From assembly GCA_009914755.4 (NCBI GenBank), contig CP068257.2, forward strand, positions 44,928,001-44,992,000: a stretch of 64,000 nucleotides of DNA, in the 5' to 3' direction. How positions within the stretch are numbered: the first letter of the stretch is position 1; every line of letters begins with the position of its first letter. This document shows positions 52,567 through 64,000 of this stretch, piece after piece. The DNA comes from the human T2T-CHM13v2.0 reference genome, Homo sapiens. The notes beneath the pieces are model-generated. The model was not told the origin of the DNA, did no database searches, and saw only the letters and a program-made list of their open reading frames with translations. A program made the translations under genes and the position numbers.

Positions 52567-55500
52567 TCAGGCACAGGGAGGACTACCTGATTTTGGGTAA
52601 GGGTAGTGCACCCAACTCGTGTCCCCCTCTCTGCTGAGAGCTGTTTTGTCACTCGATAAAATTCTCCGCCCTGCTCACTCTTTGGTTGTCTGCATAACCT
52701 CATTCTTCTTGGACGCGGGACAAGAACCTGGGACCCGCTGAACAGCAGGTGCAAAAAGGAGCTGTAACACTGTAGCCCTCCTTTACTCCCCTGATGCCAG
52801 CTGGCCCATGCAATGGGAGTGTTGGTGGGGCCAGGCCAGCCTGGGAGCCATGGGCCAGAGTGGGGTGATGGGAATAACTGAACAGAAGTCCTGCTGGCTA
52901 AAGAAGCTTCCAGCTGGCAAAGCAGCAACAACAACAAAAATCCTGCATCAACCTCAGTAAACACAGAAAAAGCTTTTGAAAAAAATCCAAAACCCTAAGA
53001 ATATAAGGGAAATTTACCTGATAAAGGGCAACTACAAAAACCCACAGTTAACATACTCAATGGATACTTAATGGATCCTTCCTCACAACTGAGATCAGGA
53101 ACACCCAGGGGCTGGGGATTTCACAAGATGTGAAGACCAGTAGGAAAGGGTGGGGTGCACTTTAGTGCACTATCTGCACACCACCCAACACTCCTACTTT
53201 CTTGAATGAGGAGACTGCAGTCCAGAGGGGCCTGGCTACTGTAAGCCTGGGCAAAGGCAGTGATGTCCCTGCTCAGGAATCCTTGGGTATTAGAGAAGCT
53301 GAGGCCTTTTCCACTCTCTGCCTTGCACAGTCAACTCTTGAGTGAGGGGGCTGGTACACCCAGAGGATGGTCACAATTCCTCTAGAGGTATAATCTAGGC
53401 AGACAGTGCTGTCTTGCTGATCTGGTGTTATTAACTTCCCTGAGGAAAAAAATCACCTGAATTCTTGTTTGATCAGTCTCACAGCTAAAAACCCCAGGGA
53501 GTCATGGTCCCACTTCAGACCTGGGGGGCCTGGTACTTGGGATATGTAGCAAGATCCCAGCAGAGTTTTGTGCAGTGAGCTGTAGGGGGCCATGGGACCC
53601 AATATGCCCTCTGCAGTGTCCCCCACCCCCTCACAGAAGAGGAAAAGTTCAGGAGTGGCCTCCTGAACACCTGAGACGCACCTCAGGGATCTGTATTTTA
53701 AATTAGGGGTGCTGGGGTAAGAAGACATAAGAAAAGCTCCTTCTAGCCCAGCCAAGTCTGGCCTCCTTCCTGCAAGGTTTAGATCCTGGGGGCTTTGGGC
53801 TATTTTCCTGAGAAGAATGCCAACCTCATCCTCAGCTCTCTGCTCAACATCCAGCCCTGTGTAAAAGCTCTAGGCTTGCCTCATGCTAACTTGCTTGAAT
53901 AATGTGTATTTTCTGCACTCCTTCAGAGAGAGGCCAGCCCTTTTCTCCCTAAATGCAGTGAAAGGAGGTTGTGCCATTGTCTTGCCTGCCAGGTTGCTGG
54001 TGGACATGGCTGTAAGGGTCATAATTAAGGGGGGTCTCAGGACAGAGAGGCCAGGCATCCCTTGTGCTCACCCACCTGGTCCCCAAGGCAGCCCAGTTCT
54101 TGGTAAAGAAATACTGCCAGGCAATAGCTGGGCTCTTGTGGGACAGGGCTAGTGGAACCTACTTGGGTGTCTCCATTGCGAGCAGAACGTAATAGCTGTG
54201 TGTAGAAGGTCCCACTGGATGAAGGGCCAGTGGAACCTTCCTCTGATGCCCAAACACTTCCATCTATCTGCAATTACAAAAATCTGATTTGTGTCTGCAC
54301 AAGATAAGGGTGGAATCCCTAAATTTAAGAACCCCAAAACAAAAGCAAACAAACCAAGGTGTCTCCCACAACTTCCTAAGAAGTTTCCAAACTCTCTCCA
54401 GGGTCTTGGCTGGGGGCATGTGGGTTCAAGGGCCCCCATTTTGCCTTGGAGACCAGGATGGGGCCTCACAGGGCAGAGCTGCAGGGAACAGTAATGGGCC
54501 CATGGGCTCACAGGGTGTCATGCTGTGGAGACAAACTGCCCATAGTGGAGATACCCAAGTAGGGCCCCAGCCAGCCTGGGGGAAATTTGATTCCCTTGTT
54601 GGTTGCAAGAGGAGCAGGGTCTGGCTGAACAGGCCTGGGGCCCTGCAGAGGTGGGGATCTGGAACAGTAGACAAGAGAGAGCCAGAGCTTGACAGAGGGC
54701 CAGGGGAGCCCAGGATCACCAACTCTCCACTTCCGTCCTCACTGCTCCCTTTCCCCAGGCAGGGGCATGGGGTCAGGAGGGCACATAGTCCAGGGCTTGA
54801 GAGCCCAATAGCCTTCCTGCTGTCTCTGTCCCTGCTGGTGGGTACAGGTGGGGTATGTCCAGATACTGCCTGGGGGCCCAAGGCCTTACCCCCCGCAATC
54901 CAATTATTAGATGATGATTCCTCCTTTTGGTGGCAGGAAAGTCTGGCAATTGTGTTGCTTGTACTTCTGGCAGGGACAGCAGCCCCTGTAGAGGATGGTC
55001 CGCAGCGTCCAGAGATGGTGGGTTCCTGCAGCCCAACTTCTCAACAGCACCTTCTCACTGCAAGTCAACAAATGGGGTCCTCAGCTTGGCCCCAGGGTCT
55101 CCACCCTGAGAGACCAACACTGCTGGCAGGGCCAGATTTGCGAAGTGGCTGTGGCCCAGAATCTTGTGGATCAAACGGAGAAATTGATGGAGCACAGAAA
55201 ATTTCTGTGGCTGAACTGGCCATGGAAATGGCAGCCTGGGCAACAGGTTCATGAAAACAGACTTTTCACACCTGGTCCTGCTCTCCAGGCCTGAGCGAAC
55301 TCCATGTGTTCCTGGTCAAAGCTGGGGGCGGGTTTCCCCCACCCCCTTGCCCGGGCCCATCCCCTGTCCACCTGGGGATGCTGGAGGCAGCCTTTGGGGT
55401 AGGCCAGGCCTGTGCTGGCCACCAAGCTGTGGCGACTACCACCACCCACTCATGGAACTGGAAGGTGCCTCTGGGTGAGGGCGGGCCACACTCAGCTAGG

Positions 55501-56508
55501 GATTGCCAAGAGAGGACGGTTGGCATTTACAACCTGGAACTAACGGCAGTTGATTGGATAAGTCCCCCCAGACCCCCTTTGGATGGTGGAGGAGCCCCCG
55601 TGTGCTCAGAAGCTGCCCTGGGAATCCCTGAGGGATGGTGCTGGAGCCAAGCTCCTTGGAGGACCAATGTTCTCCCTATCTGGTTTGGAAGCAGAGTAGG
55701 CTTCTGGGGACTTAGTCACTTTAGGATTCTTGGATCAGTGTGGGCAAAAGAGGCTCTGGAAGGGCCGATTCAACTTCCGGCCGAGGCGGCAGAGCATCCT
55801 CTGGGGAGGAATGCAGGTGGGAGGCGGGCACCCGAGCCAAGGGCAGCCCAGAGCTGCCCCCCGGCAGCAGCGCCCCTCCCGCCCCCCAACTTAAGGTCGC
55901 ACCCTGGGCCTCCCAAGCTTGGTCTCCTGCCCGCCAGCCCAGAGCATGCACCAGGACCAGCTTTGCAGGGCCCGGTGCGAAATGAAAACATCGCCCTTTG
56001 GCCAAAAGTAACCACGAATTTCCAGAAGGCGAGAGCTGAGCGAGAAGTGAGCACAGGGCCCTGGGGACTCCCCAGGTGGCTAGATGTGAAGTGGCCTCGC
56101 TGGGTCCCCTCCGGCCTCTCCCAGGCCCCTCTCACCAACCCATCTCTCGGCCATCACAGCTGTGGTTCCTACCTCTGCCCCACCCAGCCTCGGGCCCTGC
56201 GAGCCTCCGGGCCTCCCACACTGCCTGGGACAGGCAGGACTTCCTGTTTTACCCGCTACTGTTCAGAAGGCACAGAGGGACCCTGAGGAACGTGAGCTTT
56301 CTGAGATGGAGGCCAAGGACCACGGGGAGCGCAGTGAACACCGGGAATGGGGCTGGTGGCCCAGCATGCATTGTGGAAAGGCACGTGACTGCCCGGGACC
56401 ATTGGCAGCTCCCCTTCCTGGTGATTGGCTTAGGGAAGAACATGTGACCCAACAGGCCGGAAGTCCCCTGTGGAGTGGCTGGACGCCCCCGGGGAAGCCT
56501 CCCCCTAG

Positions 56509-57587
<1,079 letters not shown>

Positions 57588-57728
57588 TCACTCATGTTCA
57601 AAGAACTCGTGGCAGGCAGTAGTAACCATGGCAACAAAGGCCATGAATTCCTGGAAGTCACATTCGCCGTCTCCATCATTGTCCAGTGTTTCCATGACTT
57701 TGTCCACAACCTCCTGCTCTTTGATTTC
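57588..57728 (-). CDS. S100B: S100B coding part of exon 3 (EIKEQEVVDKVMETLDNDGDGECDFQEFMAFVAMVTTACHEFFEHE, then stop)
   Basis: The reverse complement gives GAAATCAAAGAGCAGGAGGTTGTGGACAAAGTCATGG...CACGAGTTCTTTGAACATGAGTGA. The acceptor AG is the complement of ct at 57729..57730. The stop TGA is the complement of 57588..57590. Confidence 0.92.
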   Translation of the reverse strand, partial: EIKEQEVVDKVMETLDNDGDGECDFQEFMAFVAMVTTACHEFFEHE

Positions 57729-58486
57729 CTAAGAGAGATAAAAGGAGTTGCCGACCTTGTTTTTAAATGGAATTTTGGACCATCAAAACATGATTAAAAG
57801 TTGAGTGACTCTGATAATTTGTGTCCGAAATAACCTAAGAACATCAAATGCAAAATATCAGAAAAGATGTCTCATGTGACCAGGGGGCTGTTGTCCAAGC
57901 AGAAATCTCTGGGGGTCAGTGTCTGGCCCTGAGCTACTGGAAAAGGCTGAATGGAACAGCCAAGAGGTGAAAAACTGAAGGTTGTTATCATACTTAAAAT
58001 ACCTGAAAAAAAAAAATACCATCTAGATCAGCCTGAGCAAATGTCTTGAAATAAAAATAAACTTTTGGCCCTCCTAAACTTTTCGTGTGTTCTGTGTGTG
58101 GAAGTCCCTGTCTCAAAGGCTTCCAGTGGAATTTAATGTTTTGAAAGTCTTCTTTGTTGCTGAAGTAACTCTTGGGAACGTGGCCTACATTTGTTAACCC
58201 TGTATTCTTTTTCCCACTTGAATTGCTTTCTAGGTGTCATGAAACTTTTTCCTGACAGTTCTGCCTGACATTGAAGCCAAATGAATGGTGTGGCTGTTAA
58301 GTGATGTGCACAGCCTCAGAGGAACAACCACAGTGCAGGGCTACAAACGTGGTGGGAAAAATTTGGGTATTGAACACTGATGAAGAGCATAAATGCAGAG
58401 TAACAATTCTCCGGGATAGGAAGGCTTGGCCTGAAGAAGTCAAGTGTAATGTACAACAGCTGCCTTGGCTATAAGACACACAGGGG

Positions 58487-58785
<299 letters not shown>

Positions 58786-60502
58786 AACAAAACATACAGA
58801 AGATTGTAACTCCACGGGGGTAGAGGTGGGGAGGCACCTGTGGATGGGCAGGAGCAGGGCACTAACTTCAATTATATTATACATCTGCTTCCGAACTGAA
58901 ATTACCTTGATAAAACAGGGCAGCAAATGTTTGTGATGCCTTGAAATGCTTACCATGAATTATTTATCATTTACAAATTGAAATTCCCAAGTGCAAAGCT
59001 TTTTCTATGTATAAAAATAATAATAGTAGCTACTATTAGTTGAGCTTTCACTATATGTTAAGCACTTAAGCACTGTCCCGCTTCACCCTCACAACAGCCC
59101 TTGTTCAGAAGAAGAACCTGGGACTCTCAGATCAAGTCAGAAGGCAAGATTGGTGGAACTAGAAAACTGCATGTGTGAGTGGGACTGCTGTCACTCTGTC
59201 GGCTTGAATGCCTGAGAAAACCAGTCCTGGAATCAGATGTGGGGACACCCTCTGCAAAGTTTCAGGCCTGTCTGCTCCACTCTGAACCATTCACGGTGGG
59301 GCAGTGTTTGGTGGGAGTGGGGACAGGAGAACCAGCCAGCGCCCCCTCCCCCTGCCCTGAAAACACGGACTGCCGTGCTGCTGGAGCCAGGGCTTGCCGT
59401 CTTGCACTGAGAGGCTTGGCCAGCTCAGGAGGGCAGCTCCCCGTCCCCATGCAGCAGAGCCCTGCCCTGGTATTTATCCTGGAATAGGGCTTGGTGAGAC
59501 ACTAGTGCGCTGGCTCATTGTCTGGTCATTTATCCCGTTTGTGATTGCTCATATCAGTGACCCAGGAAGCCCTTCACTACGTTTCATATGTGCACACCAC
59601 TGGTGCTTCACTCTGGCTCAAGGCGTGCCTCAAGCCAGCCTTGGTTCTAAGAGAGCATCAGGTACCAGGGGGATCACAGTTCACTTCCATGAGGGCATGA
59701 GGTGGGCAGTAAAGACAGGTGGGTCTGATCCAAGGACAGTGGAGACGGTGGGTAGGAAAATGAGCCCTAATGCAAGGGTCTGGACATACTTCCACCACAA
59801 GCCACAGCGGGAACTGTCTGAAGAACAGGGCTTGCCAGGAGCCCCCACACAGCTTCCTAAAGTAGGGGCCCCAACTAAAGACAGTTCCTCACCAATATCC
59901 GTTACTCCACAGAGCCTCCTGCAAAGCCCCAGGGCTTCCAAAGGATGTGTACAGACCCCTGTCACGCCCTCAGTTAAGCCAGTCATGGTCATTCATCCAT
60001 GTGCCAGGCTGGGTGCCCCAGAGCAGAAGCCATGTCTGTCGTGCCTGCATATCTCACAGTTCTTAATTAGTGCTCAGTCAGTGTTTACTGAGTGAAAGTC
60101 TGGCATATCTTATCTCCATAGCAAATACTAAACTTCTAGCTAAAGCCAAAATATATCCTTTTCCTAAAAACATTCCCAAAGCTTATTTTTAACAGTTTCC
60201 TTTTATGTTCCCTTTGGTCCATGGTAAGTAATGAGTCTAGCATTATTTGGGACGCTTTGGCCTTTGGGACCTTGATGCACCTACTGTACACAAGATGGTT
60301 GATAAGGAAATGAAAACAAGGGGCTCATTTGAGCCAGCCCCACATTGAGGGTTCCGTTACTCAAACAAGTTTGCAGAAGCAGCCCAGGAGTCTTGGAAGG
60401 GAAATGAAATCACCTTCAGGGCAGCTGAGAAGATAAAGCCAGTGTACAGATGGATTTTAAGAGGAGATGGAGAAAGTGTCAAGTTTAAAAAGCAAGACTC
60501 AC

Positions 60503-60641
60503 CTCTAAGAAATGGGAAAGCTCATTGTTGATGAGCTCCTTCAGTTCGGATTTCTTCAGCTTGTGCTTGTCTCCCTCCCTTCCAGAATATTGGTGGAAAA
60601 CGTCGATGAGGGCCACCATGGCCTTCTCCAGCTCAGACATC
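60503..60641 (-). CDS. S100B: S100B exon 2 (1 nt of 5'UTR plus [46 protein letters not shown])
   Basis: The reverse complement reads cctagGATGTCTGAGCTGGAGAAGGCCATGGTGGCCCTCATCGACGTTTTCCACCAATATTCTGGAAGG...CATTTCTTAGAG. The donor GT is the complement of ac at 60501..60502. Together with the exon 3 coding part this gives the complete 92-aa S100B protein. Confidence 0.92.
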
Positions 60642-61607
60642 CTAGGGGCTCGCAAAGGAAAGTTGCCTTCTCATCTATACCTCATCCTAAAACATTTCAT
60701 ATGTTATCAATACAGACCTCAACCCAGACAAGGGGGATGGAATGGCCTTGGCACTCTTTTCAAGCTCAGAGCAGCAGGCATGGCCTGGAGGGGCATTCTG
60801 GGAATTTGCACTTTTATCATAATCCTTCCACCGGCCTCTTAGACAGCTGTGGGCCTGCCTTCTCTGTCCGTGTGGGCCACGGGGATATATTCCCATGCCC
60901 TCTGAATTCTGGCTGGGTTGGGCCAACAGGGAAACTGGCAAAAATACAGAGGCAGAGCAGCAAGGGAATTCAGGGATTAATTTCCCCTGAATTAATCCCC
61001 ACAGGGTCCCTCTCTGTTCCTGCAAGGCTCCAAGATGAGGTGGTAGAGTGCAGGTGAGCAAACCATCAACTGCAAGCTGTTAAAATCAATCTGAAAGTGA
61101 GACAGTGACTAGGAGCAAAATAAGAAGACAAAAAATCAATAGCATTCCTATATTCTATCAGTAAAGAAGTAGAAAATACAGTGCAAAATATCCTATGCAT
61201 ATAGCAATAACATGTGATCTAAGACTAAGTTTAGGAAGAAAAACGTAGGTCCTTCCAAGAGATTCTGAGGAACATAAAATGTAGGAAGTTTTTCCTTTAA
61301 ATTCATATGTAAATTTAAATCATTTTTAATAAAAACAATGGAATTTTTTTGGATGGGTGACATGACAAAAACAGCTGTAAAATTCATCAGGAAAAATAAA
61401 TATGGTAGAATTGCCGCAATCTTTTTGAAGAATAACAGTGAAAGTTATTTGATCTACCAGGAAAAAAAAATGTATCCTAAGTTTAACTGATCAAATGGGT
61501 GTGGTTCTGTCGCAGGGAGGGACAGAATCCAGCAGAAAGCTGAGCTGCTGAGCCTGCATTCCACCTCCAGTGTACCGAAAGGGTGGCTCATTCACTGCAG
61601 TGACTGG

Positions 61608-61660
61608 GACGGCGGGAGGGGGTGGGGGGAGGGGGGGGGCGGGGGGGGGGGGTGGGGGCA
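61608..61660 (+). repeat. G-rich homopolymeric tract (about 50 nt, more than 90% G) in S100B intron 1
   Basis: ggcgggagggggtggggggagggggggggcgggggggggggtgggggcagg, flanked by unique sequence. Confidence 0.9.
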
Positions 61661-63278
61661 GGAATAGGTGTTTCTCTGCAGCTGTCAAAGTAAGAGCCCC
61701 CCTACCTCCCTCACAGCAAGTACCTTACGCCACAGCCTACGAACCAAGGAAATATCTGGTCAGTCTGGGAATGAGGCGCATTTTACAAAGGTTGCCTTGT
61801 CAGTTGTTTCACAAAACAGATGCGCAGTCAGAGAAATTTACCAGCTTTTGGCCTTGAGTTCTAATCATTAAATGAGAACATTTGCGCTGTCATAATTAAA
61901 AACAAATTAATAAATCAAATAGTGTTGAAAAATCATTCCCATGTTGAATATATAACTTACATCTTAAAAATAATTTGGAATTAGATGTTAAAAATTTTAT
62001 TTATTTCTGATCCTCCGAAGGAAACAGGATTGAAGATTTTTTTATACTGGCCAGATCTTTGCTAAAGTCATTCTATTAATAATCAGTGTACTTTATTTTG
62101 CTCTTGAGTCCCTAAAAATTTGATAATTCACAAATAGAACAATTAAGATGGATTAAAATCTTTAACATTTCATGCTTTCTTATTCTTTGCACTCAAGTTT
62201 TCAATTATTGATATATGCATGTTTGTATGTGTGTGTATTTTTTTAAACAAAACAAGACACTTTTACATCATTCTGATGCTCCTCAAAGTCCATGATGATT
62301 TGGGGAAAAGGAGGTTAAATTGTTTTTCTATGAATTGTGACTAATGGGATTATTACAAAGGAAAGGCATAAAACATGTATCCCATATATTAGAACACTAA
62401 TAGAAACCACTAGAAAATATGGTTTTCTTCATAACCACACTACAAATCAATTAAATTCTTGTTAAATTTTTCCCTTTGACCTAAGAAATAGTTGATGGTT
62501 TATAGTTTATCTTTTAAGAGAAATGGAAATAAATGTCCGTTCCTTTCTCACATTCTTTGAATGTCCTACATTAATCTTTTAATATTGAGAACAAGAGAAC
62601 TTTTGAACTTTAACTCCTTAGAAAGACAAGTTACCTAGCATGTGAGGATCCCTCTAAAGAAGGGGTTCGACCTCCCTGAGAAACTGTGAGACTGAGGAAA
62701 GTTAAAACCCACCAAAACCCCGATTTCTTTGACCCAATTTATTTGTAATTGTTACGTAATTTCTGAGTGGCGTCCTGGGGCTGTGGGGACCCTGGCACTT
62801 CAAACTGAGGGAAACTGGAAAACTGAAGAGTTACTTACCCAGGGCGGTGGAAGAAATATAAGGAGAAAAGGGAAGCATTTATTTATGATATAGGACTAAA
62901 CTAGCATTAGGTTCTCCATCATTTTTAGCCCCAGTGGGAAGCAAAATCTTTACTCTTCAAATAGTTACAGAAGAGGCAATATTTGTAGTACCGCTGGGAA
63001 AATGTCAACAATCACTTCTGGGCCATGAAACCTGACGTTTCTCTGATTTATGGCAAAACACACCTCTAGCTGTCTAGGGCTGATGCAGTCAGGTGTCCGC
63101 AAAGCAGCAGTAATGTGGAGATTAAAACACATCATCCTATTGACACTTCTGAAATGCTGCCAATTGTCCTAAAGGGGCTTTTTAAGCTACCACTTAGTTT
63201 CTACCCCTCCATTCCGTTCCACCCAAAAGAAAAGAACCATTTCTTCCTGAGCGTCCTCTTGGCCTGGCTCTTTCTCAC

Positions 63279-63350
63279 CTCTTCCTTGTCTCACCCCTTC
63301 CTGGTCTCCTTGCTGCAGGCGTCGTCTCTGCTGCGGGTCCTGGGCGGCAG
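63279..63350 (-). other. S100B: S100B non-coding exon 1 (5'UTR; transcription start approximate)
   Basis: The - strand reads ...CAGGAAGGGGTGAGACAAGGAAGAG, then a GTGAGA donor (complement of 63278..63273). Joined to exon 2 this gives ...AAGGAAGAGGATGTCTGAG, which matches my memory of the S100B 5'UTR. The transcription start is inferred from a TATA-like AATAAG about 25 nt upstream. It may lie further upstream, to about 63420. Confidence 0.5.
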
Positions 63351-63470
63351 GACTGGTGGGCAGAGGCAGCCTCTTATTCCCTCTGCCCAGGGAGGATGGA
63401 TGAACCCTGGTGCAGCCCACTGCAGGCCGTGGCAGCCAATGGGAGCCGAGGGCGGGGGTGGCAGGGCTGC
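63351..63470 (-). promoter_or_regulatory. S100B: S100B core promoter (TATA-like AATAAGAGG, CCAAT box, GC box)
   Basis: On the - strand: AATAAG (complement of 63373..63378), CCATTGGCTG (a CCAAT element at about 63434..63443), and CCCCGCCC (63451..63458). The context is CpG-rich. Confidence 0.5.
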
Positions 63471-64000
63471 CAGGCCTGCACACAGGGCTGCATTGACCAA
63501 GCAGCCCCGGGGACTTGCTGGGAGCCAGGATTGCACATGGGCTGAGGAAGAAAAAAGGGCCTGTAGGGCAGGAAGTGGGGAGTCAGCTTTTTGTGCGATT
63601 TCTTTATTACATGAATATTGATGTCACCCTAAAGGCAAGGTTGGGGGTGGGGAGAGGAGAGAGACTTGGATTAATTGATTCAAACAAAGCAAATGTGCAG
63701 CCAAGAACAAGCAGCTTCCAAGTACAGGCTGAGCATAGGAGATTAAGTGGCCTGCAAGTTGGTTTCTAATGGAGAGGCCCCTGGAGCTTCTCTCCTCTGC
63801 CATCCTCCAAGTCTGGCCCCACTGGGCGTGAAGTTCTGTGGACAGTAGTGCTTGTCTGTGGTCAGCCCTGGGCTCAACGGGGCTGCCTCAGAGAAGCTGC
63901 TGAGGCCAGTGTCTGCAGGGACTAAAACGGGTGGTACTTTTAGGGGAAAACGTGATGTGTGGACTGTATCCCAAGGCCTTTCCCTCCACCCCAGGGTGGA

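Noticed and set aside
59394-60095. 233-aa + strand ORF in S100B intron 2
   Set aside because: It lies in a GC-rich intron on the strand opposite to S100B. It has no family resemblance and no splice or poly(A) context, so it is treated as chance. It could be rechecked with PhyloCSF.
60512-61057. 181-aa + strand ORF beginning [17 protein letters not shown]...
   Set aside because: Its 5' part is the antisense reading of S100B exon 2, and a real CDS often leaves its complement open. The ORF continues into intron sequence.

Overview
This window reads as human genomic DNA that is GC-rich and dense in Alu and L1 repeats. The content matches the subtelomeric 21q22.3 locus where DIP2A and S100B are transcribed toward each other. 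The locus assignment is from memory and is not verified. On the + strand lies the 3' half to 60% of DIP2A. The window opens inside a coding exon (1..80), and 20 more coding exons follow, each with clean AG/GT splice junctions and a continuous reading frame. The last exon ends at the stop codon 25832..25834, and the 3'UTR runs to about 28.23 kb. The joined exons encode a continuous 900-aa DIP2-type C-terminus that contains adenylate-forming-enzyme motifs. On the - strand the whole S100B gene is present. Coding exon 3 is 57588..57728, with its 3'UTR running down to a poly(A) site near 56830. Coding exon 2 is 60503..60641, with the ATG at 60640..60638. A short non-coding exon 1 sits near 63279..63350, with CCAAT, GC-box and TATA-like promoter elements just upstream. 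The spliced CDS gives exactly the 92-aa S100B protein. The 28.6-kb interval between the two 3' ends is almost entirely transposable elements. It holds a near-full-length L1 on the - strand (34351..41010) with an Alu inside it, and a full-length older L1 on the + strand (43510..49451 plus 51776..51955). That + strand L1 carries a nested Alu (with target-site duplication) and a complete 2.3-kb THE1/MaLR element inserted into its 3' end. Older L1 fragments, MaLR LTRs and at least 13 Alus complete the interval. Nothing prokaryotic-like, and no CRISPR, rRNA or tRNA, was detected by eye. I find no support for a novel biological system in this window. The non-genic signals worth a second look are a CpG-rich minisatellite at about 1570..1790, four short local tandem duplications in DIP2A introns, and a roughly 50-nt G-run in S100B intron 1. 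There is also a GC-rich, CpG-dense intergenic block with a nearly open 2-kb frame at 54289..56286, which I judge to be non-coding.
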